A stretch of 64,000 nucleotides of DNA from Candidatus Kaiserbacteria bacterium. GTDB taxonomy: Bacteria > Patescibacteriota > Minisyncoccia > Phycocordibacterales > Phycocordibacteraceae. The notes under the pieces were generated by a model. That model was given only the letters and a program-made list of their open reading frames with translations. It ran no database searches and was not told where the DNA came from. Both the position numbers and the translations under genes were made by a program. The stretch covers positions 48,251 through 112,250 of the forward strand of contig DAIDIW010000002.1 in the NCBI GenBank assembly GCA_027451665.1. Direction: 5' to 3'. This document shows, piece by piece, positions 48,295 to 55,709 of this stretch. Each line of letters begins with the position of its first letter. Position 1 is the first letter of the stretch.

Positions 48295-48347
48295 TGTGCA
48301 AGAAAAGGGGTGCATTCCAATTACCGCTGGAATGTCCTTTGTTTCCC

Positions 48348-49106
48348 TTACGCATTACTCGCGATAGGACTCGAACCGCGTATATTCTCCAGAAATTGCT
48401 CCCAAGATTCCTGCGAGTTAATGCCAAGGATTTCTTGGTATGCTCGCTCGTTCTCTTGCGGAGTAGATTTTCTTTGAAGAGTTTTATAGAGCAGAAGATA
48501 CTTTTCTTTCCCGAAATTATTGAGGAGGTATTCGGAAAAAAGAGCTGCGAGTGCGTAGTATTGGCGAGCGAGGTCGTCATTGGTTGCAATCCAAGCATCG
48601 TGGCTCGTTAGTAAATCAGGAGAGATGACGAAACGTTCATTTGTGAACGCTTCTTTTACAACATCTGCAAAGTCATTGCCGTACCAGTCGTGTCCGACCA
48701 TACGCTCCGCAAGTCCTTCTTGAAGGAAACCGATTGAAAGGCCAAGGGGAAGCGAGAGAAGGTGGGTATCTTCGTGAGGTCCTATCACTCGGTCTTTTTC
48801 GGTATAGAGCGCATGCACGGCAAAATCATTGTAAATAGATTGAGCGAACCATGGAGTGCCCATTAATTTCTCCTTTGTCTCGGCGTCAGGATAAAGATAG
48901 TAGGAGATTTTCTTATCAACAGATGGAAGTTCAAGAAATGCGACTATCTGCCGGTACGCGCGTTCCTGAACCTCAACGATTTTCTCGATTTCCTTCTCGG
49001 CCAAGGAATTTTTAAAGTAATGAAAGCGATAGTGCGCAGAATCTCGTGCCTCCCACGGGGCATCTTTAAATGCAGTGGTATAGCCGGGTAACTGCTGTTC
49101 GTACAT
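48348..49106 (-). CDS. hypothetical protein with an HExxH motif (possible zincin-like metallopeptidase)
   Basis: 'GPHEDTHLLS' HExxH, AT-rich codon usage. It lies directly downstream of the radical-SAM gene. Confidence 0.35.
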   Translation of the reverse strand: MYEQQLPGYTTAFKDAPWEARDSAHYRFHYFKNSLAEKEIEKIVEVQERAYRQIVAFLELPSVDKKISYYLYPDAETKEKLMGTPWFAQSIYNDFAVHALYTEKDRVIGPHEDTHLLSLPLGLSIGFLQEGLAERMVGHDWYGNDFADVVKEAFTNERFVISPDLLTSHDAWIATNDDLARQYYALAALFSEYLLNNFGKEKYLLLYKTLQRKSTPQENERAYQEILGINSQESWEQFLENIRGSSPIASNA

Positions 49107-49117
49107 GGACCCACTTT

Positions 49118-49160
49118 ACTACAAGAAGAAAACGGCCGCATGTCTGTGACATACGGCCGC
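49118..49160 (-). terminator. rho-independent terminator after the radical-SAM gene
   Basis: Stem CGGCCGCATGTC/GACATACGGCCG with one mismatch, followed on the minus strand by 'uuuucuucuu'. Confidence 0.5.
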
Positions 49161-49175
49161 CAAGTGTGAAAGACC

Positions 49176-50480
49176 TCATGAATGCACGATCCGGAGGAGA
49201 CCCCGATTCATACGGTCAAGAAGCGCTTTTTGACAGAATCGTCGCGCACCGCCTTGCTCGGGTCCGTGTTCGACCATCGCCTCGAACGTGCACCCACCAC
49301 CGCAGACCGGTAGATATGTGCAGCGTTCTTTGATGCAGTCATCGGTTCGTTTCCACTGTTCAAACCGCGGATCCTTCGTATACGTCGTCGGTTTTGCGGC
49401 GACGTTCGCGAAGTTGAACTCAGGTCGACCGCTGGTGCAGAAGCATTTTTGCAGGTTGCCATCCGGCTGTAGAACTGCTGCGTGTTTTGCCACGGCTACA
49501 CAGAGCGGACCGGCGATGAACTCATCCGGAACTTCGAACCCCTTAGCTTTCGCATACTCCCACGTGGAGAGCGCTGCGTCTGCCAGTTGTTCTTGCGTCA
49601 TGCGACCGGGCGTTACCGAAAGCGATGGCGTGGTGAGTCCGAGCGAAAGGCGTATGCGAGAATGCCTCCCGAGCGCATCAAGCTCGTCGATGAGACGGGC
49701 CAAGTGGTTCTTAGTTCCGGTGTCGAGTGTCAGCCGGATGTCGACGGCCGGAATGTAGTCAGTCGACAGCAGCATCCGAACGTTCTTCATGATGTTTGCG
49801 AATGTCGGACGGTTCTTCCGCCCGAAACGCCGCGTGTCATGAATCTCCGCCGGTCCATCCAGCGTAATCTGTACTCGTCGCCAGTTATAGCGGGAGAACA
49901 TCTCGGCTGTTTTTTCGTCGAGTAGTTCACCGTTCGTCGTAATTTCGACCCAGAAGTCGAGACCAAGTTCTCGACAGAGCGATTGGTAGGCTTCAAGAGC
50001 TTGGGCGATAACCCCCTTGCAGAGAAGCGGTTCGCCACCGAAGAACTTGAGACGCAGCGAATCGACCTCTGGATGGAGCCGAACGTATTCTCGGAACCAC
50101 GTGAGCGAGTGTTCCAGGATTTCCGGCCTCATTGGACGGCCCCTGTCAGCGCCATTCTCGAAGCAATACGGACACTCGAACTGGCACTGAATGGTTGGTT
50201 CGAAATGAAGCGTAAACACATGCGCTTCATCGTTCCGGGTCGTGAGCATGAGTTTGTGCCACTCGGCGATTTCGTCGATATCGCCTTCGACGAGGAAGCC
50301 GTTCTCGATGAGGTCGTCAAGACCTTTCGGGACCGGATTCTCGTCTTGTCGGGCGAGCCATTGGTCGAGTTCAAGCTTGGCCTCGTGACTCATCAAGATG
50401 GCCGCTTCGGTGAAGGTGTTCTTGGCGAGCACTCCTCGAGGTAGATTTTCAAAGATCGTGAACGCACTGAGTAACCACAT
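49176..50480 (-). CDS. radical SAM/SPASM-domain peptide-modifying enzyme with a ~95-aa N-terminal RRE-like extension
   Basis: 'CQFECPYC' CxxxCxxC, 'FFGGEPLL', and a C-terminal SPASM cysteine array 'C...CFC...CIKERCTYLPVCGGGC'. AGGAGA Shine-Dalgarno 7 nt upstream. Confidence 0.8.
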   Translation of the reverse strand: MWLLSAFTIFENLPRGVLAKNTFTEAAILMSHEAKLELDQWLARQDENPVPKGLDDLIENGFLVEGDIDEIAEWHKLMLTTRNDEAHVFTLHFEPTIQCQFECPYCFENGADRGRPMRPEILEHSLTWFREYVRLHPEVDSLRLKFFGGEPLLCKGVIAQALEAYQSLCRELGLDFWVEITTNGELLDEKTAEMFSRYNWRRVQITLDGPAEIHDTRRFGRKNRPTFANIMKNVRMLLSTDYIPAVDIRLTLDTGTKNHLARLIDELDALGRHSRIRLSLGLTTPSLSVTPGRMTQEQLADAALSTWEYAKAKGFEVPDEFIAGPLCVAVAKHAAVLQPDGNLQKCFCTSGRPEFNFANVAAKPTTYTKDPRFEQWKRTDDCIKERCTYLPVCGGGCTFEAMVEHGPEQGGARRFCQKALLDRMNRGLLRIVHS

Positions 50481-50564
50481 GGAACATTCTCCTTTTCGGT
50501 TTGCATGAATAGTGCCCGGAGCTAAAAAGCCCCGGGCACTAAGGTGAAGGAGGTAGGCCTGGCT

Positions 50565-50705
50565 TCAGTAGCCGCAGCCGTCCTTGCCGAACTTGGTGGC
50601 GCCGACGATGCGACGCTTCCCGGGTTTCAGCACCTGCACCGCAGGCTTGGCTTCCGGCTCGATCGCCTTCGTGGCAGTCGAAACGGAGGAGGGGATTGCA
50701 TTCAT
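50565..50705 (-). CDS. 46-aa candidate RiPP precursor peptide (not in the ORF track)
   Basis: Own translation: MNAIPSSVSTATKAIEPEAKPAVQVLKPGKRRIVGATKFGKDGCGY. GAGAGG Shine-Dalgarno 7 nt upstream. It is on the same strand as, and 84 nt upstream of, the radical-SAM gene, with a GC hairpin between them. Confidence 0.4.
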   Translation of the reverse strand: MNAIPSSVSTATKAIEPEAKPAVQVLKPGKRRIVGATKFGKDGCGY

Positions 50706-50779
50706 GGCAAAACCTCTCTATTGAGGAGGACCATTCCTCCACGATACAGAGTGCCACAAAAACGTATGCTTTTCAATAG

Positions 50780-50909
50780 AAAAAGTTCGAGTCCTATCCG
50801 CGAGCGGATGGGACTCGAATTTTTTGACTCATTTCTAAGTCACGATATGTTGCATTTCCTCACTATTTTCTGGACGGGAATGGGTCGGATGCACAGGAAT
50901 CATCTGCTC
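50780..50909. repeat. copy A of a ~130-bp imperfect direct repeat; contains a bidirectional terminator-like hairpin (50780-50826)
   Basis: About 80% identical to 52282-52412. Hairpin GTTCGAGTCCTATCCGC/GCGGATGGGACTCGAA flanked by AAAAA and TTTTTT. Confidence 0.6.
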
Positions 50910-50985
50910 TGGGGATGCGATCCTAACTCTCAAAATATCCTTGCTTTATCTCGCACTCGATGGCGATGGGATTCGAACCTGGATC

Positions 50986-51017
50986 ATAAAAAAGAGCCAC
51001 TGGATTCCCAGCGGCTC
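50986..51017 (-). terminator. rho-independent terminator of purM
   Basis: 10-bp stem GAGCCGCUGG/CCAGUGGCUC (one G-U), loop gaau, then UUUUUU on the minus strand. Confidence 0.6.
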
Positions 51018-51035
51018 TCAAGTCTGTCGACGGTG

Positions 51036-52151
51036 CTATTCGCCCGGAGGCTCGAGCACCATGTCGTTTATCGGTCCAAAGACAGTTTTGCGTTCGCCAT
51101 CTTCGACGCAGCCGACTTCAAGCGCTTCGTAGCCGGCCGTTTTCGCGATGGCCAGAACCCGATCGGCTTCGTTCACTGGAACGAAGACGTAGTAGCCAAC
51201 GCCCCAGTTGAAGGTGGTAATGCAATCCTTGTCCGAGACCCCGAGCTCCCACATGAAGCGGAAGAGCGGCGGCACCTCCGGCCAGGAGTGGATGCGGTAG
51301 GTGTGCGGGCGATGGTCGAAGGCGACCTTCGCGACGCCGCTCCCCGTTCCTGGCAGGAGCGCGTGGATGTCCACCCCGTGATTGAGGAGCGTCTCAACGA
51401 GTCCGACATAACACCGCGTCGGAATAAGCGCCTCATCGCCGAGCGTATTGCCACCCGGCAGTTTAGCGAGGAACTTATCCGGAAGATCCATCGCCCGCTT
51501 GATAACGAGCGATACACCATTGGCGTGCAAGCCGGAGCTCGTAATGCCGATGATGCGATCGCCGGTCGCGAGCTTGCTGCCGTCAATCAGGTTGCTAAGC
51601 GGCGCGATGATGCCTGTGACGCAGCCGCTCAACGATGGCGCACTCTTGACCGGTTCCTGCGCACGAACCAGATATTTGAGCGCAGGAGATTCGCCGGCGA
51701 CGAGTGCCATGCCAGACATCTTGCAGGCCTCGTAAAAGCCCTGCGCGAGGTCTTGAGCACGCTTCACATCTTGGAACCATTCACTGTCTCCGGCGGCGAC
51801 CTCGTCCACATACGCCACGGGCATTGCGCCCTGGGCGATGCAATCGTTCACCGCCATCATTGCGTTGTCGATGCCGATGCCGCGATAGTGCGGGTCGCCG
51901 GTACCGTCGTTCTGCTACATCCACTCGGCGATCCAATTCTTGTTCCCGAGGCCTTCCATGGTATTGCACCAGGCGTGTTTGTAGTTGCCCTCGTAGCGGA
52001 AGATGCCGCCGTGTGAGTGCAGCACGCTGGTGTTGATGAATACCTGTCGTGCTTCGGGGAAGCCGACAGTACGTTTGGCGGTCGCAATCATTGCGTCCTT
52101 GAAGGGCTCGATCTTGGTGTAATCGACTCCAGCCTTCGCATATTCGCTCAT
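51036..52151 (-). pseudogene. purM: phosphoribosylformylglycinamidine cyclo-ligase (AIR synthase) interrupted by an in-frame TAG at 51915-51917
   Basis: The N-terminal ORF 'MSEYAKAGVDYTKI...' and the C-terminal ORF '...GITSSGLHANGVSLV...' are in the same frame, and the 18 codons between them also align to PurM. A single amber codon separates them. Confidence 0.65.
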
Positions 52152-52281
52152 TTTTACTCTCGCTTTCGTTGAGTTTTGGTGGTTTGTGCTGGTCTGTCGG
52201 TCATCCTACAGACGTCTCTCGGGAAGGCAAGCAACGACACAATATCGGGCGGGGGAATTTTGTAATCCGGACTCGGGATAT

Positions 52282-52412
52282 AAAAAGTTCGAGTCCCATC
52301 CAAGGGCGGATAGGACTCGAACTTTCTTGACTCTTCACGAATCTAGAATGTGTTGCGATTGCTCGCTTTTTTCCGGACGGGAATGGGTCGGTTGCACAGA
52401 AATCATCTGCTC
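52282..52412. repeat. copy B of the ~130-bp direct repeat; this copy is the 3' trailer of tRNA-Asn and carries a minus-strand terminator hairpin (52284-52329)
   Basis: Alignment with 50780-50909; the hairpin position has compensatory differences. Confidence 0.6.
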
Positions 52413-52481
52413 CGCGGGTAGGATTCGAACCTACGACCAATCGGTTAACAGCCGACCGCTCTACCACTGAGCTACCGCGGA
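52410..52481 (-). tRNA. tRNA-Asn (anticodon GTT)
   Basis: Folded by hand: acceptor TCCGCGG/CCGCGGA, D-arm GCTC-AGTGGTA-GAGC, anticodon loop CTGTTAA, T-arm GTAGG-TTCGAAT-CCTAC, discriminator G. No encoded CCA. Confidence 0.85.
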
Positions 52482-52576
52482 ATATCGAATCGAATATGTA
52501 CGCCTCCCAAAGGAGGCCAGGGCATTGTAGCGGAAAAGGGGAAGGAAGTGAAGACACACTGATATACTGGCAGATA

Positions 52577-52849
52577 ATGTACATCCTGTATTATCGACCC
52601 ACGTGCCCGTACTCGAAGAAGGTGCTCGCCGCCGCAAAGGAATATGGCGTCGGTATGGAACTTCGCGACGTGGCTGAATCTTGCCATGCCGATGCACTCA
52701 GGAAACGTGGCGGGAAGCTACAGGTACCGTACCTCATTGATACCGCGCGAGGGAAGGAGATGTATGAATCGGATGACATCGTCGCCTATTTGAAGGGTGA
52801 ACCGCTTCCTCATACGAAGGATGAATCGAAGGTCTGTGCATCGCAATAA
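52577..52849 (+). CDS. glutaredoxin/NrdH-like thiol-disulfide protein (start at 'MYILYYRPTCPYS')
   Basis: 'CPYS' active site. Confidence 0.6.
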   Translation: MYILYYRPTCPYSKKVLAAAKEYGVGMELRDVAESCHADALRKRGGKLQVPYLIDTARGKEMYESDDIVAYLKGEPLPHTKDESKVCASQ

Positions 52850-52891
52850 CGTAAGACCCCACGATGAAGTCGCGGGGTCTTACGTTATTGT
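52845..52891. terminator. 17-bp perfect-stem hairpin between the convergent grx-like and peroxiredoxin genes
   Basis: CAATAACGTAAGACCCC pairs with GGGGTCTTACGTTATTG around a 13-nt loop. The grx stop codon lies in the left arm. Confidence 0.45.
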
Positions 52892-52904
52892 GCATCGGAT
52901 CAGC

Positions 52905-53456
52905 TTACGCTGCTGAGCCCTTCACGTAGGCGAGTATGGTATCGGCATCCGAGACCTCGAACGGATCGTCCGGACAATTGTCCGTGAGACCGGGCTCGAT
53001 GAAGAGCTTCTTGATCTTGCCGTCCTCAACGAGCATGGAGTAGCGCCAGGAACGATCGCCGAAGCCGAGGTTCTCCTTCGAGACGAGCATGCCCATGCCC
53101 TTGGTAAACGCCGCGTTGCCGTCGGGGAGCATTTTCACCTTTTTGATGCCGAGCTTATCGGCCCACTGCTTCATCACGAATGCATCATTAACAGATAGAC
53201 AATACACTTCGTCGATACCTGCGGCCTTGAAGTTGTCATAGCGCGCTTCATAACCCGGCAGATGGGTGGATGAGCAGGTGGGCGTGAACGCGCCCGGCAG
53301 GCCGAACACTACGATCTTCTTTCCGCCGAAGATCTCATCCGAGCTGACGTCCTGCCAACGGTACGGATTCTCGCCGCCCACGGATTCGTCGCGGACGCGC
53401 GTCTTGAAGACTACGGAAGGGACTCGCGTGCCTTCTTTGAGGGGTTCTTGCGCCAT
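52905..53456 (-). CDS. peroxiredoxin (Prx5-like, AhpC/TSA family)
   Basis: 'GLPGAFTPTCS' peroxidatic Cys motif. Confidence 0.85.
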   Translation of the reverse strand: MAQEPLKEGTRVPSVVFKTRVRDESVGGENPYRWQDVSSDEIFGGKKIVVFGLPGAFTPTCSSTHLPGYEARYDNFKAAGIDEVYCLSVNDAFVMKQWADKLGIKKVKMLPDGNAAFTKGMGMLVSKENLGFGDRSWRYSMLVEDGKIKKLFIEPGLTDNCPDDPFEVSDADTILAYVKGSAA

Positions 53457-53524
53457 ACGGTATACTTAATCATGAGTAAAGGATGCTTGTACTATAACGG
53501 TAGCTGCGGTTGACGCAAAATCAT

Positions 53525-53890
53525 ATGAAAATCTCCATCAATGCCACTCAGTTCATTGCGCTTCCGCAGGCATCGCGGGATGCCGTGGAAGAGAAGCTCA
53601 CTCCGATCGCGAGACTCCTCGGGACGGATGAGCCGGTCGCTTTGCTCGAGGTGGAAATTGCAACCGCTCCTCCCGAAGGACGAAGCGCGACGCCGACGCG
53701 GATTACCGCGCGTCTCGCGATAGGCAATGATGTTCTGCGTGCCGAAGCGGTGAAGCCGACCGCTGAAGCAGCAGCCGATCGCGTGCGGAGCACGCTTGAG
53801 CATGAGATTCGGAAGACGCGCGGAAAGGGAAAAAGCGTCTGGAGGCGCGGTGCCGAACGTCTTAAGGACATGTTGCGCGCCGTAGATTAA
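53525..53890 (+). CDS. hpf: ribosome hibernation promoting factor / RaiA family
   Basis: 'MKISINATQF...' with the short-HPF beta-alpha-beta-beta-beta-alpha pattern. A terminator hairpin follows at 53897-53925. Confidence 0.7.
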   Translation: MKISINATQFIALPQASRDAVEEKLTPIARLLGTDEPVALLEVEIATAPPEGRSATPTRITARLAIGNDVLRAEAVKPTAEAAADRVRSTLEHEIRKTRGKGKSVWRRGAERLKDMLRAVD

Positions 53891-53914
53891 ATTAATAAGA
53901 GCCCCCATGGGCTC

Positions 53915-54757
53915 TTATGCTTTTAGGTCGACATACGCGATCTCGCGCCTGCCTTCGGGGATGACGCGATCGATCACGAAGCGGTCACCGTCCAGGTGCG
54001 CGGCAGTAATCTTCACGCGCGTACCATCTGCCGTAAAGAAATGCGTTCCGATGGTATCGAGATAGCCACGGTACTTGTTCCAATTTGCGATACCTGACGC
54101 ACCGAGGTCAATCTGCCCGTCTTCTTTCTTGAATTTCCCCGAATGGGTGGCGAGCGCCGGGTCCTGCGGGATGGGCGTAAGCTCGCCGCGCTCGAAGCGC
54201 GGCAGAGCCTCGACGAGTAATTTCGAGCCGAGCGAAATGAGCCGCGGCCGCAGCTCGAGAACGGTCTCATTGGGCGCGATGGGAAGCTTCTCCTGCACGA
54301 GAATATCGCCTGCGTCGAGTTCTTTCGTCATTTTCTGGACGGTAATGCCGGTCTCGATATCGCCGTGTAAAAGAGCAGCTTCGGTCGGAGTGGCGCCTCG
54401 ATATCTCGGAAGGAGCGAATAGTGGACGTTCAATACGCCCTTTGGGAACGCCTGTATGAGCGCCTCGGGAAAGATCTTCCCGTAGGCGACGACTACCGCG
54501 TACTCCGCACCAAAGGCGCGGATTGCTTCTTGCGTCGCGTCATCAAGCTTTACCGGGGTGCGCACTTCGATGTTGCGCGCGAGCGCGAGTTCCTTTACCG
54601 GAGAAGGCGCGAGCGCAAGTCCGCGCCCCTTGGGAGCATCGGGGTTCGTGATGACCGCGTGCGGCACGAAGCCGGCATCGAGGAGCGCGCGCAAGGTCTC
54701 CGCGGCTACGTGCGGCGTTCCGAAGAAGAGGAACGGTACGCGGGAATCATTCGGCAT
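53915..54757 (-). CDS. fmt: methionyl-tRNA formyltransferase (start trimmed to 'MPNDSRV')
   Basis: 'FFGTP', 'NVHYSLLPRYRGATP' and 'HGDIETGITVQKM' formyltransferase motifs. Confidence 0.85.
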   Translation of the reverse strand: MPNDSRVPFLFFGTPHVAAETLRALLDAGFVPHAVITNPDAPKGRGLALAPSPVKELALARNIEVRTPVKLDDATQEAIRAFGAEYAVVVAYGKIFPEALIQAFPKGVLNVHYSLLPRYRGATPTEAALLHGDIETGITVQKMTKELDAGDILVQEKLPIAPNETVLELRPRLISLGSKLLVEALPRFERGELTPIPQDPALATHSGKFKKEDGQIDLGASGIANWNKYRGYLDTIGTHFFTADGTRVKITAAHLDGDRFVIDRVIPEGRREIAYVDLKA

Positions 54758-55286
54758 GGTCACGAGTGTCTTGTAGATGCGACGGCTGCACATGCACGAG
54801 ATCGGTCGCATGATCGATGAAAAGCGCACCGTTCAGGTGGTCGATCTCGTGCTCGAAAATCTGCGCGAGCAAGCCGCCGCCGCCGCGTGTGAAGGAGGAA
54901 CCGTCTTCGCGACGCGCCCTCACCATGACGCGCTCATGCCGGTCGGTCGTACCGTAGACGCCGCGCACGGACAAGCATCCCTCGTCTGCTTGCTGTCGCC
55001 GCCGCGACGTCTTTATAATTTCCGGGTTGATGTAGACGTCATTCTGCGGCGCGTGAGGCGGCGCATTCACCGGCGGCGGAAGCGTCCGATCGGTACGCAC
55101 GATAAAGATGCGGTAGGAAATGCCGATCTGAGGCGCAGCGATGGCGACGCCATCCGGCTCCGCGTCGAGGGCCTCGGCCATGTCCGCAATGATACGCGAC
55201 AGATCCTCGGTGCCGAACAGGCCTTCCGGGATCGGTTTTGCGCTCTGTCGCAAGACGGGCGCGTCCTGCTGCACGATCGGCTTCAT
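54747..55286 (-). CDS. def: peptide deformylase
   Basis: 'GVAIAAPQIG', 'EGCLS' and 'HEIDHLNG' metal-binding motifs. It overlaps fmt by 11 nt. Confidence 0.85.
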   Translation of the reverse strand: MKPIVQQDAPVLRQSAKPIPEGLFGTEDLSRIIADMAEALDAEPDGVAIAAPQIGISYRIFIVRTDRTLPPPVNAPPHAPQNDVYINPEIIKTSRRRQQADEGCLSVRGVYGTTDRHERVMVRARREDGSSFTRGGGGLLAQIFEHEIDHLNGALFIDHATDLVHVQPSHLQDTRDHAE

Positions 55287-55352
55287 GTCGAAACAGTAGC
55301 AGATTCGGTGAGTAATTGCCGCTCCGCATCAGCGGCGTGCGCGCATCGCAGG

Positions 55353-55652
55353 TCAGAACGGATTCTCCTGGAGGTGCTTTTTCGGATCAATCTCCCACCA
55401 GAAACGCTTCGAGAAATTCTTCGCCTTCGAGCAGACGCTCTGGAGATAATACAGGTCTTCGGTGGGAATGGATTCGAGGATGAATCCCATGCGCGCCATA
55501 CTTATCTCGGGCAGCCCGTCGAGCTTCCGTGCGTGGTTCAAGTGCCGGCAAAAAAAGCGCATGAGCTCGCCGCGTTCGGTCTTTTTGCCGCGGCCCTTCG
55601 CGACCGCGAACTTCTTCCGATACTCGCCTGAGAGATCACCGAGCGGCTGCAT
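55353..55652 (-). CDS. hypothetical small protein
   Basis: No motif recognised. Confidence 0.3.
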   Translation of the reverse strand: MQPLGDLSGEYRKKFAVAKGRGKKTERGELMRFFCRHLNHARKLDGLPEISMARMGFILESIPTEDLYYLQSVCSKAKNFSKRFWWEIDPKKHLQENPF

Positions 55653-55709
55653 GTCTCTATGATACCGGAATGCGGAGGGCGGGAAAATTGAAAGCGGGCC
55701 GTGCGCGCG

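Larger units (their letters stand above)
47160..48319 (+). mobile_element. IS3-family insertion sequence (orfA/orfB with a -1 frameshift)
   Basis: Imperfect terminal inverted repeats: TGACCCGTACCCCAAATTTTGCACAC (left) against the reverse complement of GTGTGCAAGAAAAGGGGTGCATTCCA (right). It carries a transposase pair and has higher G+C than the flanking island. Confidence 0.75.

Noticed and set aside
46314-48319. Treating the 282-aa P-loop protein as an intact short gene
   Set aside because: It ends two residues after Walker A with no Walker B or helicase motifs, and its stop codon is the first triplet of the IS terminal repeat. Truncation is the simplest reading.
49176-50705. Calling the peptide plus radical-SAM pair a mycofactocin (mft) cluster
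   Set aside because: Only the C-terminal CG(V)Y resemblance and a SPASM radical-SAM enzyme are present. mftB, mftD, mftE and mftF are absent from the neighbourhood. It is kept as a generic RiPP-like candidate.
50905-51035. Possible second tRNA or tmRNA next to repeat copy A ('GGTTCGAATCCC' on the minus strand, 'GGGGATGCGATCC' on the plus strand)
   Set aside because: No acceptor/D/anticodon arms could be folded on either strand. Only the 12-13-nt T-arm-like match exists, so it is reported as a fragment only.
51915-51917. In-frame TAG in purM as evidence of amber codon reassignment
   Set aside because: TAG terminates other genes in the window (purM itself at 51036-38, IS orfB at 48292-94), so it is a genuine stop here. 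A nonsense mutation or a sequencing error is more likely.
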